DNA of 64,000 bases, taken from the human T2T-CHM13v2.0 reference genome, Homo sapiens. The stretch lies in the NCBI RefSeq assembly GCF_009914755.1, contig NC_060926.1; one strand, 5' to 3'. The position numbers were made by a program, and so were the translations under genes. How positions within the stretch are numbered: the first letter of the stretch is position 1; each line of letters begins with the position of its first letter. Under the pieces are notes generated by a model. That model worked only from the letters and a program-made list of their open reading frames with translations, was not told the origin of the DNA and did no database searches. Below, piece by piece: positions 39,614-53,903 of this stretch.

Positions 39614-42129
39614 CCATAGACTGATAAAACAGGAAGTGATTTTCTGAAGACAAGAGGGTGTTTTGTGACTAGGAGAACATGGGGGAAGTTTGAAACAATT
39701 TCTGTGGGAAATTCTTTGAGCATGGGCTGATGGCAACAGCTCTCAGCTACAGCATGGCCAAACCTAACATGCAGAAAATTGAGGTATGTTTTAAGTGCAT
39801 TGCAAATAAGAACAAAGCATGAGGTTTGCAGATTTAATGGTCTCTCTTTTATAATATCACCCTCACTTTTTTGGATTTTGCTATTCTTTTTCTTTAACAG
39901 GAATAGAGGCATGGAGTTAGTTGGACTAGGAGGTAGTTGGGCAAGGGAAGGTAGCAGCCCAGTGAACATCACCTATTCCATGAAAACTATTGCTTTATGA
40001 CACTCATTTACAGTCTCTTTCCTCATCCCAATTGCAAAAGAGAATCAAAATTAGCCAACAAATATTGAATAAATCTGTACATAAGCCCTAGGATTATAAC
40101 TATAAATAAAACAGAGAAATTTAAAGCTATAAGAGAAACATAGCCCTAAATCCCTGAGCAACTAGGATAAGAGCTATTCTGGATGTATCAAGGACATGTT
40201 AAATGGAATGCTTTATGGGATAGAGGTTGCACGGAGACAAGAAGGTTTTATGGAAGAAAGAAAAATGAGTTTGAAATTTAAAGCATATTTAGGATTTTAA
40301 CATGAAAGCACTGAGGAAGATGTACTTGATGAAGAAAACACCCTACTTAAAGGCTTGAGAATGAGGGGAAGTAATCTTAAGGTACTTTGAATTATCGGAG
40401 TTATTCAGGAGACAAACCTGGAAGAGTCCAGGAACACATGGTAGAATGTGCCCAGCACTTTGCTGTCTCCTAAGTTTTAAAACTTATCCCCGTCAAAAGT
40501 CACAATGACTTTGTTAATGCCTTTGTTGTGGCATTCTGCGGTACAGTGTGTCCTTGTAAGTTGTAAACCATTTGCATTTCCTTTGCTCATTGAACCTCCA
40601 AAAATGAATCAAATTTACCAAATGATGACCATCTTTCCAGGGGCAGCAGAAATGGAGTTACAAAATCAGAAACAGGAGGGACTCACAAAGCTGAATCATA
40701 CTATTTCTTGGTACCCTTGCGTGTCACATCAGGAGGTATTGGCAAAACCCCACAAGACAATGAATCTGCAACATCCAACTATTTAACTCATATGGCATGC
40801 AATTCTTTAGGTATGTCTCCTGACACACAGAGGATCAGGAAGCCTAGAAAGTGTGTCTCCTATTTTCAGTCCCAAACTTTGAAGTCAAATGGACCTGTTG
40901 AGGTTTCTGTAAAAATGTTCAAATCTAATATCCCAGACTTATAGAAAAAAATTTCAAGATTAGTTTGCCATGTAAATCATCCAATTCTTTCCCTGACCTG
41001 GGTAATTTTCTAGATTTTTTTTGTGGGTTTTGCTTTCTGATTTGTTTTCTTTGGATTTGTTTAAAAATCTAAGGTCAATTCTTCTAAATGAGTAACCTAA
41101 ATAGGATATAAAGTTTTTCTTGAATAATAATTAAACAATTACTTTTGTGTTTGAATAATTACTGGAAACTAGATTAAGAAAAAAAAAATCTTTAAGAAGT
41201 TTACTCCAAAGGCAAAGTAACACAAATTCAGGTGATCTATCATGATTATATGTTGTCATTTTACAGTGAAACTGACACAAAACCTGTTACTTCTTGGTCA
41301 TGGCATTACATAAACAACCAATGAAAAATAGATCAGGAAGATAGAAGACATTACATATCTCCAAACTGAGCTTCTCATCAAGTGAGATTGTTGTCTATAA
41401 ACAATATTTTCCGTGTTTTATAATTTGAAGTGGACTGTCATACCCTTTCTTCATGTGATTCTTTCAAGATCCTCTTAGTTATTATTGTTAGACTTATTTT
41501 TCTGATGGAGAAAATGGGGATCAAGTAAGTTAAATAACATTTCATTGGGTCATGTTTTCTTCCATATTAACTTCTCTGAAATAAGTATTCATTGTGCACT
41601 TAATGCATTAGCAATCATGCCTTAGTGTATTGGCAGTACAGTCTTTGTAACAATTGTATATGTTCATCTCATAATTAATGGTATCTTTGAGCCAATGAAA
41701 TATGCTAAATTTAAATTCAACTTTGGCTCCAAATTGTTTATTCTTTCCTTGACACTCTGTGGCCTCATGTGAGATTGGCTGAAAAAAAAAATGAACCAAC
41801 CAACGACAACAACAAAAAAAGTTTGAGCACTGTGGATTTTTAGTTATAATTATAATACATAAAATTCAAAATATATAAAATTAATTTTAGGACTTAAGCT
41901 TGTATTTTTTGTAATTTAAAATAATGATGTATTAAAAACATTTGTATTCTCTATATATATTTTAAATTTAGTTTAATTTCATAAACATTTCTCAAGAGTA
42001 TATTTTGTGCAGGGCATATTGCTAGTCATTATGGGATCTATATAGTTATGTTAAATTTAAAGTATGGTCTTACGGGGGAAGATGATAGAAAATGTACATT
42101 TATAAACTTCCTGCAATGTATGAGTTATT

Positions 42130-43835
42130 ATGTTATAAACTTTTACATATTTTGACCCATTTAATCCCCATTTTGTAGATGAGTAGACTGAGGCTCATGA
42201 AATGATAAAGATTTTCCCATGGTATCAGGAATAAGAGTTGTCAAAGTAAAATTAAAACCAGGACTTTTGGCTCCCTAAAGCTATTCTAATGCTATTATTT
42301 CAAGCATAAAGCTAGTTTTTATGTAAGTTATAAAAGAGATACACATTTACATTGAAGGTCCATATGAGAGGAGACAAGTTGGCTTCCATCAGGAGCTAGT
42401 AAATGTACTCTCTCCTTCAATCAAATAGGCATGTCTTTATTTTGTGAGGAAACAGCATTGTGTTGAGGCTTTCTCATGGGGCATTCCCATCTCACAAATG
42501 GAGTCTGAAATCAATGAAACAATTAGAGTGTTGGCAAAGGAGGGGAGAGGAAGGCTAGTAGTGTTATTTGTTAATAATGATACTCTATTCAACTTGGAAT
42601 TTTAAAAGTTGCTTGAGATCTCTTCACTCATGAAAACAGTTCTATCCAAAGTGAGGAAGAAAATATATATTTATGCAGTCCTAACCTGAGCCAGACACTG
42701 TATTTTGGGCATCACATTCTATGACCACGACAATTCTGAAAGTTATTTAACCCCTTAGTGTAAACATCCATGGATATTTTGAAATGTGAAACCTCTTGCC
42801 CAAGGTCACATAACAGTATTTCATTCCAGAGTGTGAGGTCTTTCTCCTATGTCCTGTAAACCCCGTATCTGCACATTGACCAGTAAATGAACAATCTGAG
42901 GATACAGACTGCCATCCACTACTTAGGTTACTTACTCAGTTAAACCTTTGGAATTCTGTCTGTGTTCTAACGGGGTGAACTAACTGAATCTGTATAAATA
43001 GTAATCATAAGTTAGCATTTAATTGGTTCTTATTGTTTTAAAAAGCTGTGTATCATTCTCTCATTTTTAAAATAATTCATTGTTAATTATTATTGTTGTC
43101 ACTGTTATTATTTTGCAGATGATGAATATCAAATACATAGAACTGACATGAAGTACCCAAGGTCACACAGATATTAAGAGGTAAAAAAAGACAATTTTAT
43201 ACCCTTAGTTTTTTTCTCAATGTTACGCTGACTCTCAAACATTGAAAAAGTATTTCTCTTGAGCCCAGGGCTGGATAAATGGTGCTTAGTTGCTTAGTAT
43301 ATTTAAAAATGTAGAGGATAAAATGATTCCGTTGAGATTTTGGCATTTTGAAAGCCAAAGAGTGGCTTATACATGTATGTTTTTTATGTAGGCTTGGGGG
43401 CAGTCTAGGAGAAAGTCAGACCTGTATTAGGGAAGTGGATGTTGGTATAACATCTCAGAGATAAGGAAACCAGATTCTGAAAGATGGAGACATTTTCAGC
43501 ATCATAAGCCAAGTCATTAACAAAAGGAAAAACTCGTGGTCCCTGGCTATCTCTGAGTCTTTGGTATGTCATTAAAGACAGTACAATGAAGCCATTAAGG
43601 ACTCGAGTCCTCAAGTCGAACTAACTGTCCTCCTATCCTGCCTTCTTGTTAATGGCTTTGTGACCTTGGGCAATTTATTTAACATCTCTGTGCTTCAGTT
43701 TCATCATATGAAATAATGAAGACCATAATTTCATCTTCTCATAGGGTCATCATAAAGACTAAATGAAGCATTACAGGGAGCGTGCTCCAGATGGTGCCTG
43801 ACACAGTGTCAGATCAAGAAGCGTTAGCTGTTATT
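42130..43835. mobile_element. Cluster of MIR fragments (~42130-42290 -, ~42660-42850 -, ~43000-43230 -, ~43590-43835 +)
   Basis: ccccattttgtagatgagtagactgaggctc; cttgcccaaggtcaca; tgtgaccttgggcaatttatttaacatctctgtgcttcagtttc. Confidence 0.7.
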
Positions 43836-45919
43836 GTTCAACCAGCCGTAGCCTCTATTTGCTTGTCTGTAAAATGGGAACTGAGCTAATATTCTCACGA
43901 AGTACTAGTAGAAATTGTTTGAGAAAGGGGCATCCAGTAATAGCATTTAATAATTTTTGCTGTGGGTCTGGTCACTAAAGGTTTGTGAATATTATTTTTA
44001 AGAAAGGAAAGAACGAGTGCAAGCATTCCCTCAATGAGCATTTAATACATGCCCTCGACATATCAGGCAAAGTTTTCTACTAAAGATACAAACATAAATA
44101 AGACACAGGTTGTGGTCCCCAGGACTCACAAGAGGGTAAGGAAAACAGACATGCAGAGACACATTTCTCAAATGCAGTGAGCAGTTTCCTGGAGGTTTTA
44201 AGAGAGAAAGAGAAGGGACAGTGCCTGGCAACCATTGGGCATCAATTTTCATTATGGACTTGTCTTAACTTAATCAGAGGGAAGATTAGCTTTCCTGTAT
44301 CTAGCTTCATCTTATCTAGTTTTGAGTGAGAGTGGGATGATGGAGTGTGCACTGGGGACCTATGGCCTTGTCTTAGCCTTGGCTTGCTGTGCGGCATGGG
44401 GACATCACTTAACTTGCTTAAGTCTCCTACTCCTCATAAGCAGCTGACACCATCTCTGGTCGACTATTGACTGGCTGGAACCCACCCAGTCCCTGAAAGA
44501 ATACAGAAGCCAGAAGGAAGCCTTGGACGGAAATATAATGGTGAAAGCAGAGGTAAACGCAAGAGCCAGCTCATGAATGGTAGAAGTCACTGTATCATCT
44601 GATATCGGACTCTGTCCATCAGAGCATCACTTTCTAGAGGAATTCAGAGTCGACAGTTAAGTCTAGGGCAGAATTACTCCGAGTTTCTAGGAAGATGGTG
44701 CTAGGCAATTCTCCACAAGAGAAGAACTTGAACCTTGAACTTCTGATATGAGGATTAAAAATAACCTTGTTTTTTCAACAGTTAATACGTTTTATCTATC
44801 CCATCTGCATGGGTTTTCCCACTTTTTAAAATATTAAAATTATTTGTGAGGATCACTAAAATTTTATTTGTAGCTTGCAGATGCTTTAAAGATAGATCAT
44901 ATTACAATGATCTTTGTGCAAATAGTAAGTGATACATGCTCATAACATGTGCTGATTGAATGGATAAATGAATGACAGTGAATGGATAAACCAATGAAAT
45001 AATCCCTCAGTGGAGGAGTAAAGGCGTGTGGGACAGCCTCCTGATTGTCCACCCAAAAAAGTTCTATTTATGGGGAAATGGTAGGAATATCTGATGGCCA
45101 AAAGCAGGAGTAAATGTCCCAGGACTTTATTCAAGTGTCAAATATCCAAACAAGGTGGACAGTGATGGTCTCCATGGCCCACCCCCCTCTCAGCCCACCC
45201 TGCCTCAGTCTCCCGATGTTGCTACTCCTTTTCATCCAGATTTAGCTCCACTGCACATGCCCTGGAAACAGGCCCCTTCTCTGTCATCACTCCAGGTTAG
45301 CTCTGTCCCTCTAAATGAGACCAAGAGAGACAAGGATCCCTGTGTGAAAGGGACAGGAGCCACAAGGCAGGAGCCAGGGAGCCCAGTGTGGCTGAAACTG
45401 ATGGGGAGTACTGGGGGCTCTGGGTGAAAACGGGAATAGATCTTGGGGTCCTGTACCCACCATAGGCTGCTTGAGAGGCTGAGTCAGGGTGGTGTGAGCA
45501 GGACCTCCGTGGCCTGTGGACTGCAGGAAGGTTCTCCTGATGGGCTAGCTGGGAAGAGCAAGGTCGTGAATCTATGCCAGCAAGGTGGCCTCGGGGTGGC
45601 TGCTTGCTCAGACTGAAGGTCGTCCATCTTTTCAAAGAATGTCATTCTCCATGACTCTGTGACTCCGCAGGTCTCTCTCCCCTCATCCTCCTCCCTCAGG
45701 TTTAGGAAGGGTAAAAGCTCAGCTGCCAGCAGCCCCATGCCTCTGTAGCCACCCAAACATTGGTAGTCCCTCAGTAAATAAAGCTTACTGAATTCTCCTA
45801 CTGGGGGTGTGTTTCCCATGAGAGCCCTAACTGACATAAATACACAGAACTTCATCTCCACACAGAGCTGCTTTATTTCTCCTTCCTCCTTTCCCTGTTC
45901 CCCTCTTACGCTCAGAGGT

Positions 45920-46080
45920 ATCTGCTGTGTGACCTTGGACGAGTCTGTCCAGCCCTCAATTTCCTTACCTCCAAAGCAGAATTAACATCCTGCATTGTCA
46001 TAGGCATCAAATGAGATAATTCATGTAGGATATTTGGTATGGTCCCCTACAAATAATAGACATTTAATAAATTTCAACCT
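45920..46080 (+). mobile_element. MIR SINE
   Basis: ctgtgtgaccttggacgagtc...atcaaatgagataat. Confidence 0.6.
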
Positions 46081-49000
46081 TAAAAAACTGTGATTTTGAA
46101 GTGGCTCATTCTTTTCACCCTAGTAATAAGTGAAAATAGGTTCCATTTTGTACCTTGAGTGGGATTTTATAGCAAGACAGTAAAAGATGAGAAGAGAGTT
46201 GTTTTTTTTTTTCCTAAAACAAACCATTTAAGCATCACTCCACGTGAGTAACAGGAGCCTCTCAAGCAATCCCCCTATCTCCTCTACCCCCCTTGATTCT
46301 AGAAAACAAAACAGTACTGTTCAAAGATTTCTCTGAACTATACCATTCAAGCAGGTTTTATGAGAGATTATATAGCTCTGTAAAGAACTTGATCAAACAT
46401 GACAACAGGCCCACTGATAACATCTTTATCAGTTTACTCAATAGAGTTATCTGAAAAAATGGGATTTAGTTAGAATCTATTCTGCTTTTTATAAATGTAG
46501 ATGAGAGAGATGCCAGATAGCGACCCAGAAAAAAAGGGACTATGCTCTGAACAGCACCTTCTCTCACTCTTCAAAGGCAAAGTAATTACAAGTTATTAGG
46601 ACAGGAGTATCAGAGACCAAAGAAGAAAATGCAGAAACTTCTTACAAATATGAATTATCTTTTTGCCTAAAAGGAGCACAGAGGAATTCCTTAGGTGCCT
46701 CTCTGAAAGGCAAGAATGTGGTACAAGATTACTCCAAAATTATTCAGAATGAGGCCTAGTAGGTGTTCCCACGAGCAATGAAGCACAGAGAAAGTTAATT
46801 TGGAAATAAAGCTATTTATGGAAGAGAGTATTTTGATTTTCCTGTTTTTTTCTGTTTGTTTGTTTTTGTTTTTGTTTTGCCCTGCATTTGAGTGAGGGAA
46901 AGAGAGAGATTGTCATTGGAGATCCAAGTCTCCAGTACTTGGCAGGTAGCAAATAATGTGACAGGGGCCCAAAGGATTTGGATGAAAAATGAATGAAAAC
47001 TCATCTTCATTTTTTTTTTCTGAATTAGAGTCATAATGGTACATTTTTGTGCGCTAAATTTATTTCTTAGAAAGATTGCTGCTATGGTTGGCTCATAGTG
47101 TCTAACTCTCTCTTATGAAACTTGTTCTTAGAGCCTTTAATAAATAATTATTCCTTTTTTCTTTCTCTGACCAATTTAAAATATTTGCTTTTGTTAAGAA
47201 AATAAAACAACCTTAACTTGTGACAGGTTGGGAGAGAGGATTAAAAACTGTGGTTTTTTCTGAGTCACTTTTGCTGCTACTTAAAGTAGCCGCTTCCACC
47301 TTTGTTAATTCTTTGCTCCCTTTTCTGGTCTTATTCTCCTTCCGAAAGCCTCAGGTCTTGGTTCTCATCCCTCTCTGTATATGGTGGGGATTCACGCGGG
47401 CATTGGGTTTTCCTGTTCAAGCACGTGATTCAACTTCTGGTACCATAAACTAGTGCTGACTAGAGAAAGCGTATTCTATTCATTAGGAGCAGGATGGTAA
47501 TAATAATTTGAATATAAATCTGTATTTCTCTCTATTCCATATTACTTCTTAGGTTCTTGGCTTGCCTGTCTTTGTGAAAGCTCACAGTGCCTCTCATCTC
47601 AGCTCAAGTGATTATTTGATGCTTCTGAACAACACACAAGAAGTCATTCTCCCTGAGAGTGACGGCCTTCCCAAGCCACGCACTGGCTCTCTGTGGCTGG
47701 TCTGGCTTCTACTTAGCAGGTCCTTTCCCAGACTTGGCAGGAAAGTGCCCTCCTGCGAGGACTATGAAGGGCAAGTTGCCCCGCAGGTGAGTAGCTGGAA
47801 CACTGAGTAATGGCAGTAGCCACACTAGGGAACAGGACCATGCAAAGAAGTAAAAACCCATGTTCTTGGTGATGATCAATGCTCAGAAAAGAGAAAGCTC
47901 ATCACATGACAACCCCCACACAATGCCTTGATCACAAGAGAAATTCTGGGTTATGGTAACAATGATCAGTTATGGGGAGCCAGGTGTCCACGTACAGTCC
48001 CACACAATCTTCACAACAACACCATGAGGGAGGAGCTGTGGTCAGTCCAACTGTACAAATAAAAGATGGAAACCTTATGGGAGGTGACTTTCTTGAGGTC
48101 TCAGAGTTGGCAAATGATGAAGTCAGAAATACACAGCTTTTACATATTTATAATGTTACCTATATGGAAATAGTGTAGCAGATATACAGTATGTGTAGTA
48201 TAAAAAGATGTTCCAAGCTTATATTGTACCTCCTCTACCTCGCTCTGGAATCAGCCATGAAATGAGTTTTTGAAAATGTGGTCTCTGTTGTTTTCCTGGA
48301 ACTCTATTACTACAATGGCCGTTGTTCAGAACCATGTTTGTAAGGTTTGGTTCCTTTCCAGTTTTAGGAAAATTTAATTTTTTAAGTCTCTCTGACTAGA
48401 GTCTATATGCTGAAATGTACCCGTGTTACTCCATAAAGAACATAATAAGCTATTTTAAGTTTCCAAAGGTTCTGCCCAAGGAATTGAATGAAATTTAAAG
48501 CCAGAACAACAAAAAAGACTTGGTCCCCAAGATTTGAAGGAGAGAATACTTACAGAACTAATTTAAGGTTAATTTGAATAAATTATGTATTTTTCTTTGA
48601 TATAAATTATTCCCCATTAGGAAGGCTGGACATGTGAGTATGTAAAAATGGACCTAATATTTTCAAGAATCACTTACCTGTCAAACACAGTGCTGAATAC
48701 TGTACAGTTGTTATCTTGATTTTTGTTCACAAAACCCCCATTTTACAAGTAAAAAAAAAAAATGAGGCTTCAAAGACTCTTCCAAGGTGACCTAGTAAGT
48801 ATTTGGTAAAGTTCGAATTTTAATCAAGGTCTAATGACCACGAAACTTTGTTTAAAAAGCAATGTTTTTAAAAAGTTATTTTCTCATTCTCAAATGTATT
48901 TACCGCATTGACAGAGAACACTTTAATATTTTGTCTCTAACACTGTCTATATTCATTTAAGGTGATGGCCACTATCACTGCTCATTTTTTCAGTTCTCTT

Positions 49001-49172
49001 TGTGGATCAGTTGGGTGAGTCAGGGAGGCTGTCTACCCATGGATTAGACTGTGCTGAATAGACTGGCATGAAACAAGAGATCAAAAGTAAAGAAAGTTTC
49101 CGCAGTGACACAATCCAGGCTACTTCCATAAAACTAAAGCAAAAAATAAGGCACAAACTTTACCTTACACAT

Positions 49173-49538
49173 TGATATGGTTTAGCTGTGTCCCCACCCA
49201 AATCTCATCTTGGATTGTAGCTCCCATAATTCCCACGTGTCATGGGAGAGACCCAGTGGGAGGTAATTGAATCCTAGGGGCAGGTCTTTCCCGTGCTGTT
49301 CTCCTAATAGTGAGTAAGTCTCAGGAGAGCCAATTGTTTTATAAAGGAGAGTTCCTCTACACATACTTTCTTGCCTGCCATCATGTAAGACGTGCCTTTG
49401 CTCCTCCTTTGCCTTCCATCATGACTGTGAGGCCTCCCCAGCCATGTGAAACTGTGAGTTCATTAAACTTCTTTTTCTTTATAAACTACCCATCCTCTGG
49501 TATGTCTTTTATTAACAGTGTGAGAACAAGCTAATATA
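49173..49538 (+). mobile_element. THE1 (C/D-type) solo LTR
   Basis: tgatatggtttagctgtgtccccacccaaatctcatcttg; TSD cacat/tacat. Confidence 0.93.
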
Positions 49539-50120
49539 TACATGGTGGATTTATCTCTACTTCTCTTGTGACACTGTGCTACAATGACAGCAAGGACAAC
49601 TTTTATATATTTGTATACAAATGCAAAGAGAACAAAATAACAAAGGAAATAAGAGATTACTATACAATTCTGGAAGTTGGAAAGTGAATAAATAAGTCAC
49701 AACTGGCTTAGCAAAGTAGAAAAGGAAAGTAGAGATATTTACCACTTAGAAGCAATTTTATTCCCATGATCGAAACTTGAAAAGGCTAAAAAACTACAGA
49801 CACAGAATTCCTATGAACACCTGCTTGTGGTATCGAGCTGAAACGGGAATATTGCTCAGAAGTCTACAAAAGGGGGAAATCACTGTCTTTGCGGCACATA
49901 GCAGCTGGTCTCCATCCCCCCCTACTAAAAGATCGACTTTCTAGTGAGGTAGCTTCAGAGAGGTGCTCTCCTGGGCTATCCTAGGCAAGATTAGGATGGG
50001 AGTGAGGCAACATTCTGAAAGCAAAGACTTGGTGCACTTGGGTGACACATGTCTCAACCACAGCCTCATTCTCCTTCCTGCATGCTTTTATAGTTTCCTC
50101 TGACAGTAATAGAAGTTCCT

Positions 50121-50541
<421 letters not shown>

Positions 50542-53500
50542 TCACAGTAGTTCACCACCTAATTTAAACATTTTGCATCTTTTAAATTAAGAAATTCTTT
50601 ATTTAAAGCTTGGTTTTATACTTCTTAGTGGATGAGCACACTTTCTATATAAGTAGTCAAGCCTAGTTTTCTGTATAACCTAGTCAGTATTACTTGGGTA
50701 GTGAATGAGCATCCCTAAGTCTGAAAAGACTAATAGTATTCCTACTACCAAGATCCAGAAACTCTCTCTTGCTCACTTTTCTGGGTAAAGGTATAGAAAG
50801 TGCCTGCGTAAATAGTACAAAGCCCTGGCAATTTGGAGAATAATGTGGGAGCTGCTGATTGGCACTTTGTTATCGGAATTAACTCTTTTCAAGATGGCTG
50901 ACTAAAAGCAGCTAGTGTGTGCTGCTCTCACTGAGAGAAATGGAAGGGGAAAATATTAATAAATACTGCACCTTCAACTGAAGTATCTGGGTACATGCAT
51001 TGGGATTCATCAAGAAAATAACCCACAAAAAAACAAAGAAAAACAAGGCAGGGCAACAGCTCACCTGGGAGTGACATGGAGCCAGGGAAGCTTCTTCTGC
51101 TCAGGGAAGCCGCGAGTGAGTGAGTGACCCTGGGAACCCATGCTTCTCCCACAGATCTCTGCAAAGCTTGCATCAGGAGATCCCCTCATGAACCCACTCG
51201 ACCAGTACCTGCAGTTCGACACGCACAGCCCCAGGAGCTTAAGATATCTGGGCTTCCCCTGCAAAAGCAGCAGCAACTCTGGCAAAGTGGGAGGTTCGAC
51301 CCCCGTCTGTACCCCTAGGAAATCCAGGGGGATGAGCAGCCGTGGTCTGCAGGCCCCACTTCCAAGGCACCTCCCAGGATAAGACCCACTGGCTTGGAAC
51401 TTCAGCCAGGCAGGGATAGCAGCGTTACACCTCCCTGAGAGGGAGCTGCCAGAGGGAGGGTCAGGCCGCCATCTTTGCTGTTTCATAGCTTTGGACGTTG
51501 TTGCCTTCAGGCTCTGGGGAATATGAGGTGACCAGCAACTGGAGCAGTACCTTGCACAGCACAGCAGGTCTACAAAGAGGCAGCCAGACTACTTTTCATG
51601 TGGGTGTCAGATCCCATTCTCTTCACTGGACCAAATTTGCCAGCTGAGGTCTATAACATCCCAACCGGTGTTTTCCAGCAGGTAGCAGTTCCAAACCTCC
51701 GTGGGATGCAGCTCCCAGACAGAGGGGTGAACAAACTTCCCATATAAGTGGTCAAGCCTAGTTTTCTGTGGAACCTAGTCAGTATTACTTATTATTTGGG
51801 TAGTGAATGAGCATCCCATCTTTGCTGTTTCACAGCCTCAGCCATTGCTGCCTTCAGTCTTTGGAGAGTTTGAGGCTACTAGGGGCTGGAGCGGACCCCC
51901 AACAAAGCACAGTTGCTCTAGGAAGCATCCAGACTGCTTTTGCAAGCGGGCCCCTGATCCCATTCCTCCTCACTCAGTGAGACCTCCCAACTGGGTTCCC
52001 TTGCCACCCCCACCAGTGTGTTCAGGCCCTCAAGAGGTCCACACCTCCCCGGGACAGAGCTCCTAGAGGGTGGGGCAGGTCGCCATCTTTGCTGTTTCAT
52101 AGCCTTCACTATTGACACCTTCAGCTGCTGGAAAATCCAAGGTGACTAGGGATTGGAGCAGACCCCCAGCACACTGCAGCCCGAGGAAAAGTGGCCAGAC
52201 CGTTTGTTATGTTGGTTCCTGATCCCATATTTTCTTGCTGGGCAGGTTCTCCCTGCCTGGGTTTCCAGCCACCCCATTGCTGGGGCTATGGAACCAGTAG
52301 CATCTCTGCAACTCCCTGGGATAGAGCCCCCAGTGGGAGGGGTGGGTTGCCATCTTTGCTGTCTCACCTCCCTCACCCTTGCTCTCTCCAGGTTCTGGAG
52401 TCTGTGAGGACTAGGAGCTGGTCAGGACCCCCAGCACAGAGCAGTCACCTCGTGGAAAAGTGGCCAGACTATTCTCCATGCAGGTTCAGTCCTCACTGCT
52501 TCTCAGTGGACAGGTCCACCCTACCTTGGACTCCAGCACAACCACCCTGCCCTCACCTGACAACTTCAATCAGAAGCAGCACAGTATTTCTTTGAGGAGG
52601 AAATGCCAGAATCAACCCACCACCCCTCCACCACTGCAGCTGCAGTCAATCCGCAACCCTCATTTTAAAAGTCCTTGGGCTGGGGAAAGAACAAAGGACC
52701 TGGTCACTACACTGGTACCTTCAGCACAGGGCAGCCACCACACAGAAAGGAGTCCAGCCCCTCTTCCCTGGCAACTCCCACCTCCCACTCTTCACCAGGT
52801 AGGGCCCCAGGCTCATGACTGCAAAACATCTGCCCCACCCATGGCTGAACATACCCACTGTTAGTAGCCTGGAGTTGTCCTGGGGAGAGGCCCAGAGAGC
52901 CATCTACAGCCCCTCCCATAGCAGTGATTTTATCCCTGCCATCCCCAACCTGGGAAGAAACAAAGAGCCTGAGGACTACACCTGAGCCTGTAGCAGACCA
53001 CCATCACTATACAGAGAGGAGACCAGTCTCCTCCCAGTGAGCCCTCAACCCCCTGCTCCCCAGCAAGTGAAGCCCGAAGCTCATGCCAGTGCTGCAGCTG
53101 CCTACCTCACTGGCTGAACACTTCCATTAACAGTGGCTCCATGTTCCTCAGAGATGGAGCCCCCAGGGGCAACCAAAAGCCCCTCTGCCACTGCCTCTGC
53201 AGTGTTACTGCCTCTGCTACCCTTGGAATAATGCAGGAGCAAAGACAGCAAGTATTTTATTCACACCTCCAATAAGCAGAAGTTGACCCAAGGAAAGGAG
53301 GTCAGTTTATCTGCCACAGGTCCCAGCCACCCACCCCTCCCCCACTTGTCACCAGAAAGGGAACCCCTGGCTCGGGTCCACAGCACAGAACTACCGCCCC
53401 ATCCCAGGCTGATTGCACTGAGCAATTCCTGACCTGCATCTTTCTGGGGTGGAGTCCCAAGTAATCAAGTAAAAGACCCTCAGCCACAACCATGAGTAAG

Positions 53501-53903
53501 GTCCCTTCCTCTGCTGCCTCAAAGAGAGGGTGGAAACATAAACCCTGGGATTACCCCAGAGCTATCTTGGGCAGCCCAGGAATGCTAAGTCACAATCAAT
53601 GGCCAGCACTCAAGTGGGAGAGGAGTCCACACTTTCAGAGTATTGAGAGGGAGCACGGATGCACATATGAGGAAATATAGGGGAGCCACACAACTGAGCA
53701 AGAGTGCACCTACTGACCAACATGCCTAAGCACCACCTACCTACTGGATCACACCCTAAAGCTTCAACACCAAAAACACCTTTCAAGCATACTCACTTGT
53801 GAAAACAAAGACAAGAAGCCAGCTACAAATAAAGACCCTTCTCAAAGCCTGGGCCCTGTGGAAACATTAAGACAAGAAGTCTACTGATTGTCCTTAATCT
53901 ACA

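Noticed and set aside
50928-53680. Many ORFs with repeated MKQQRWRP motif
   Set aside because: Artefact of GC-rich L1 5' UTR tandem units
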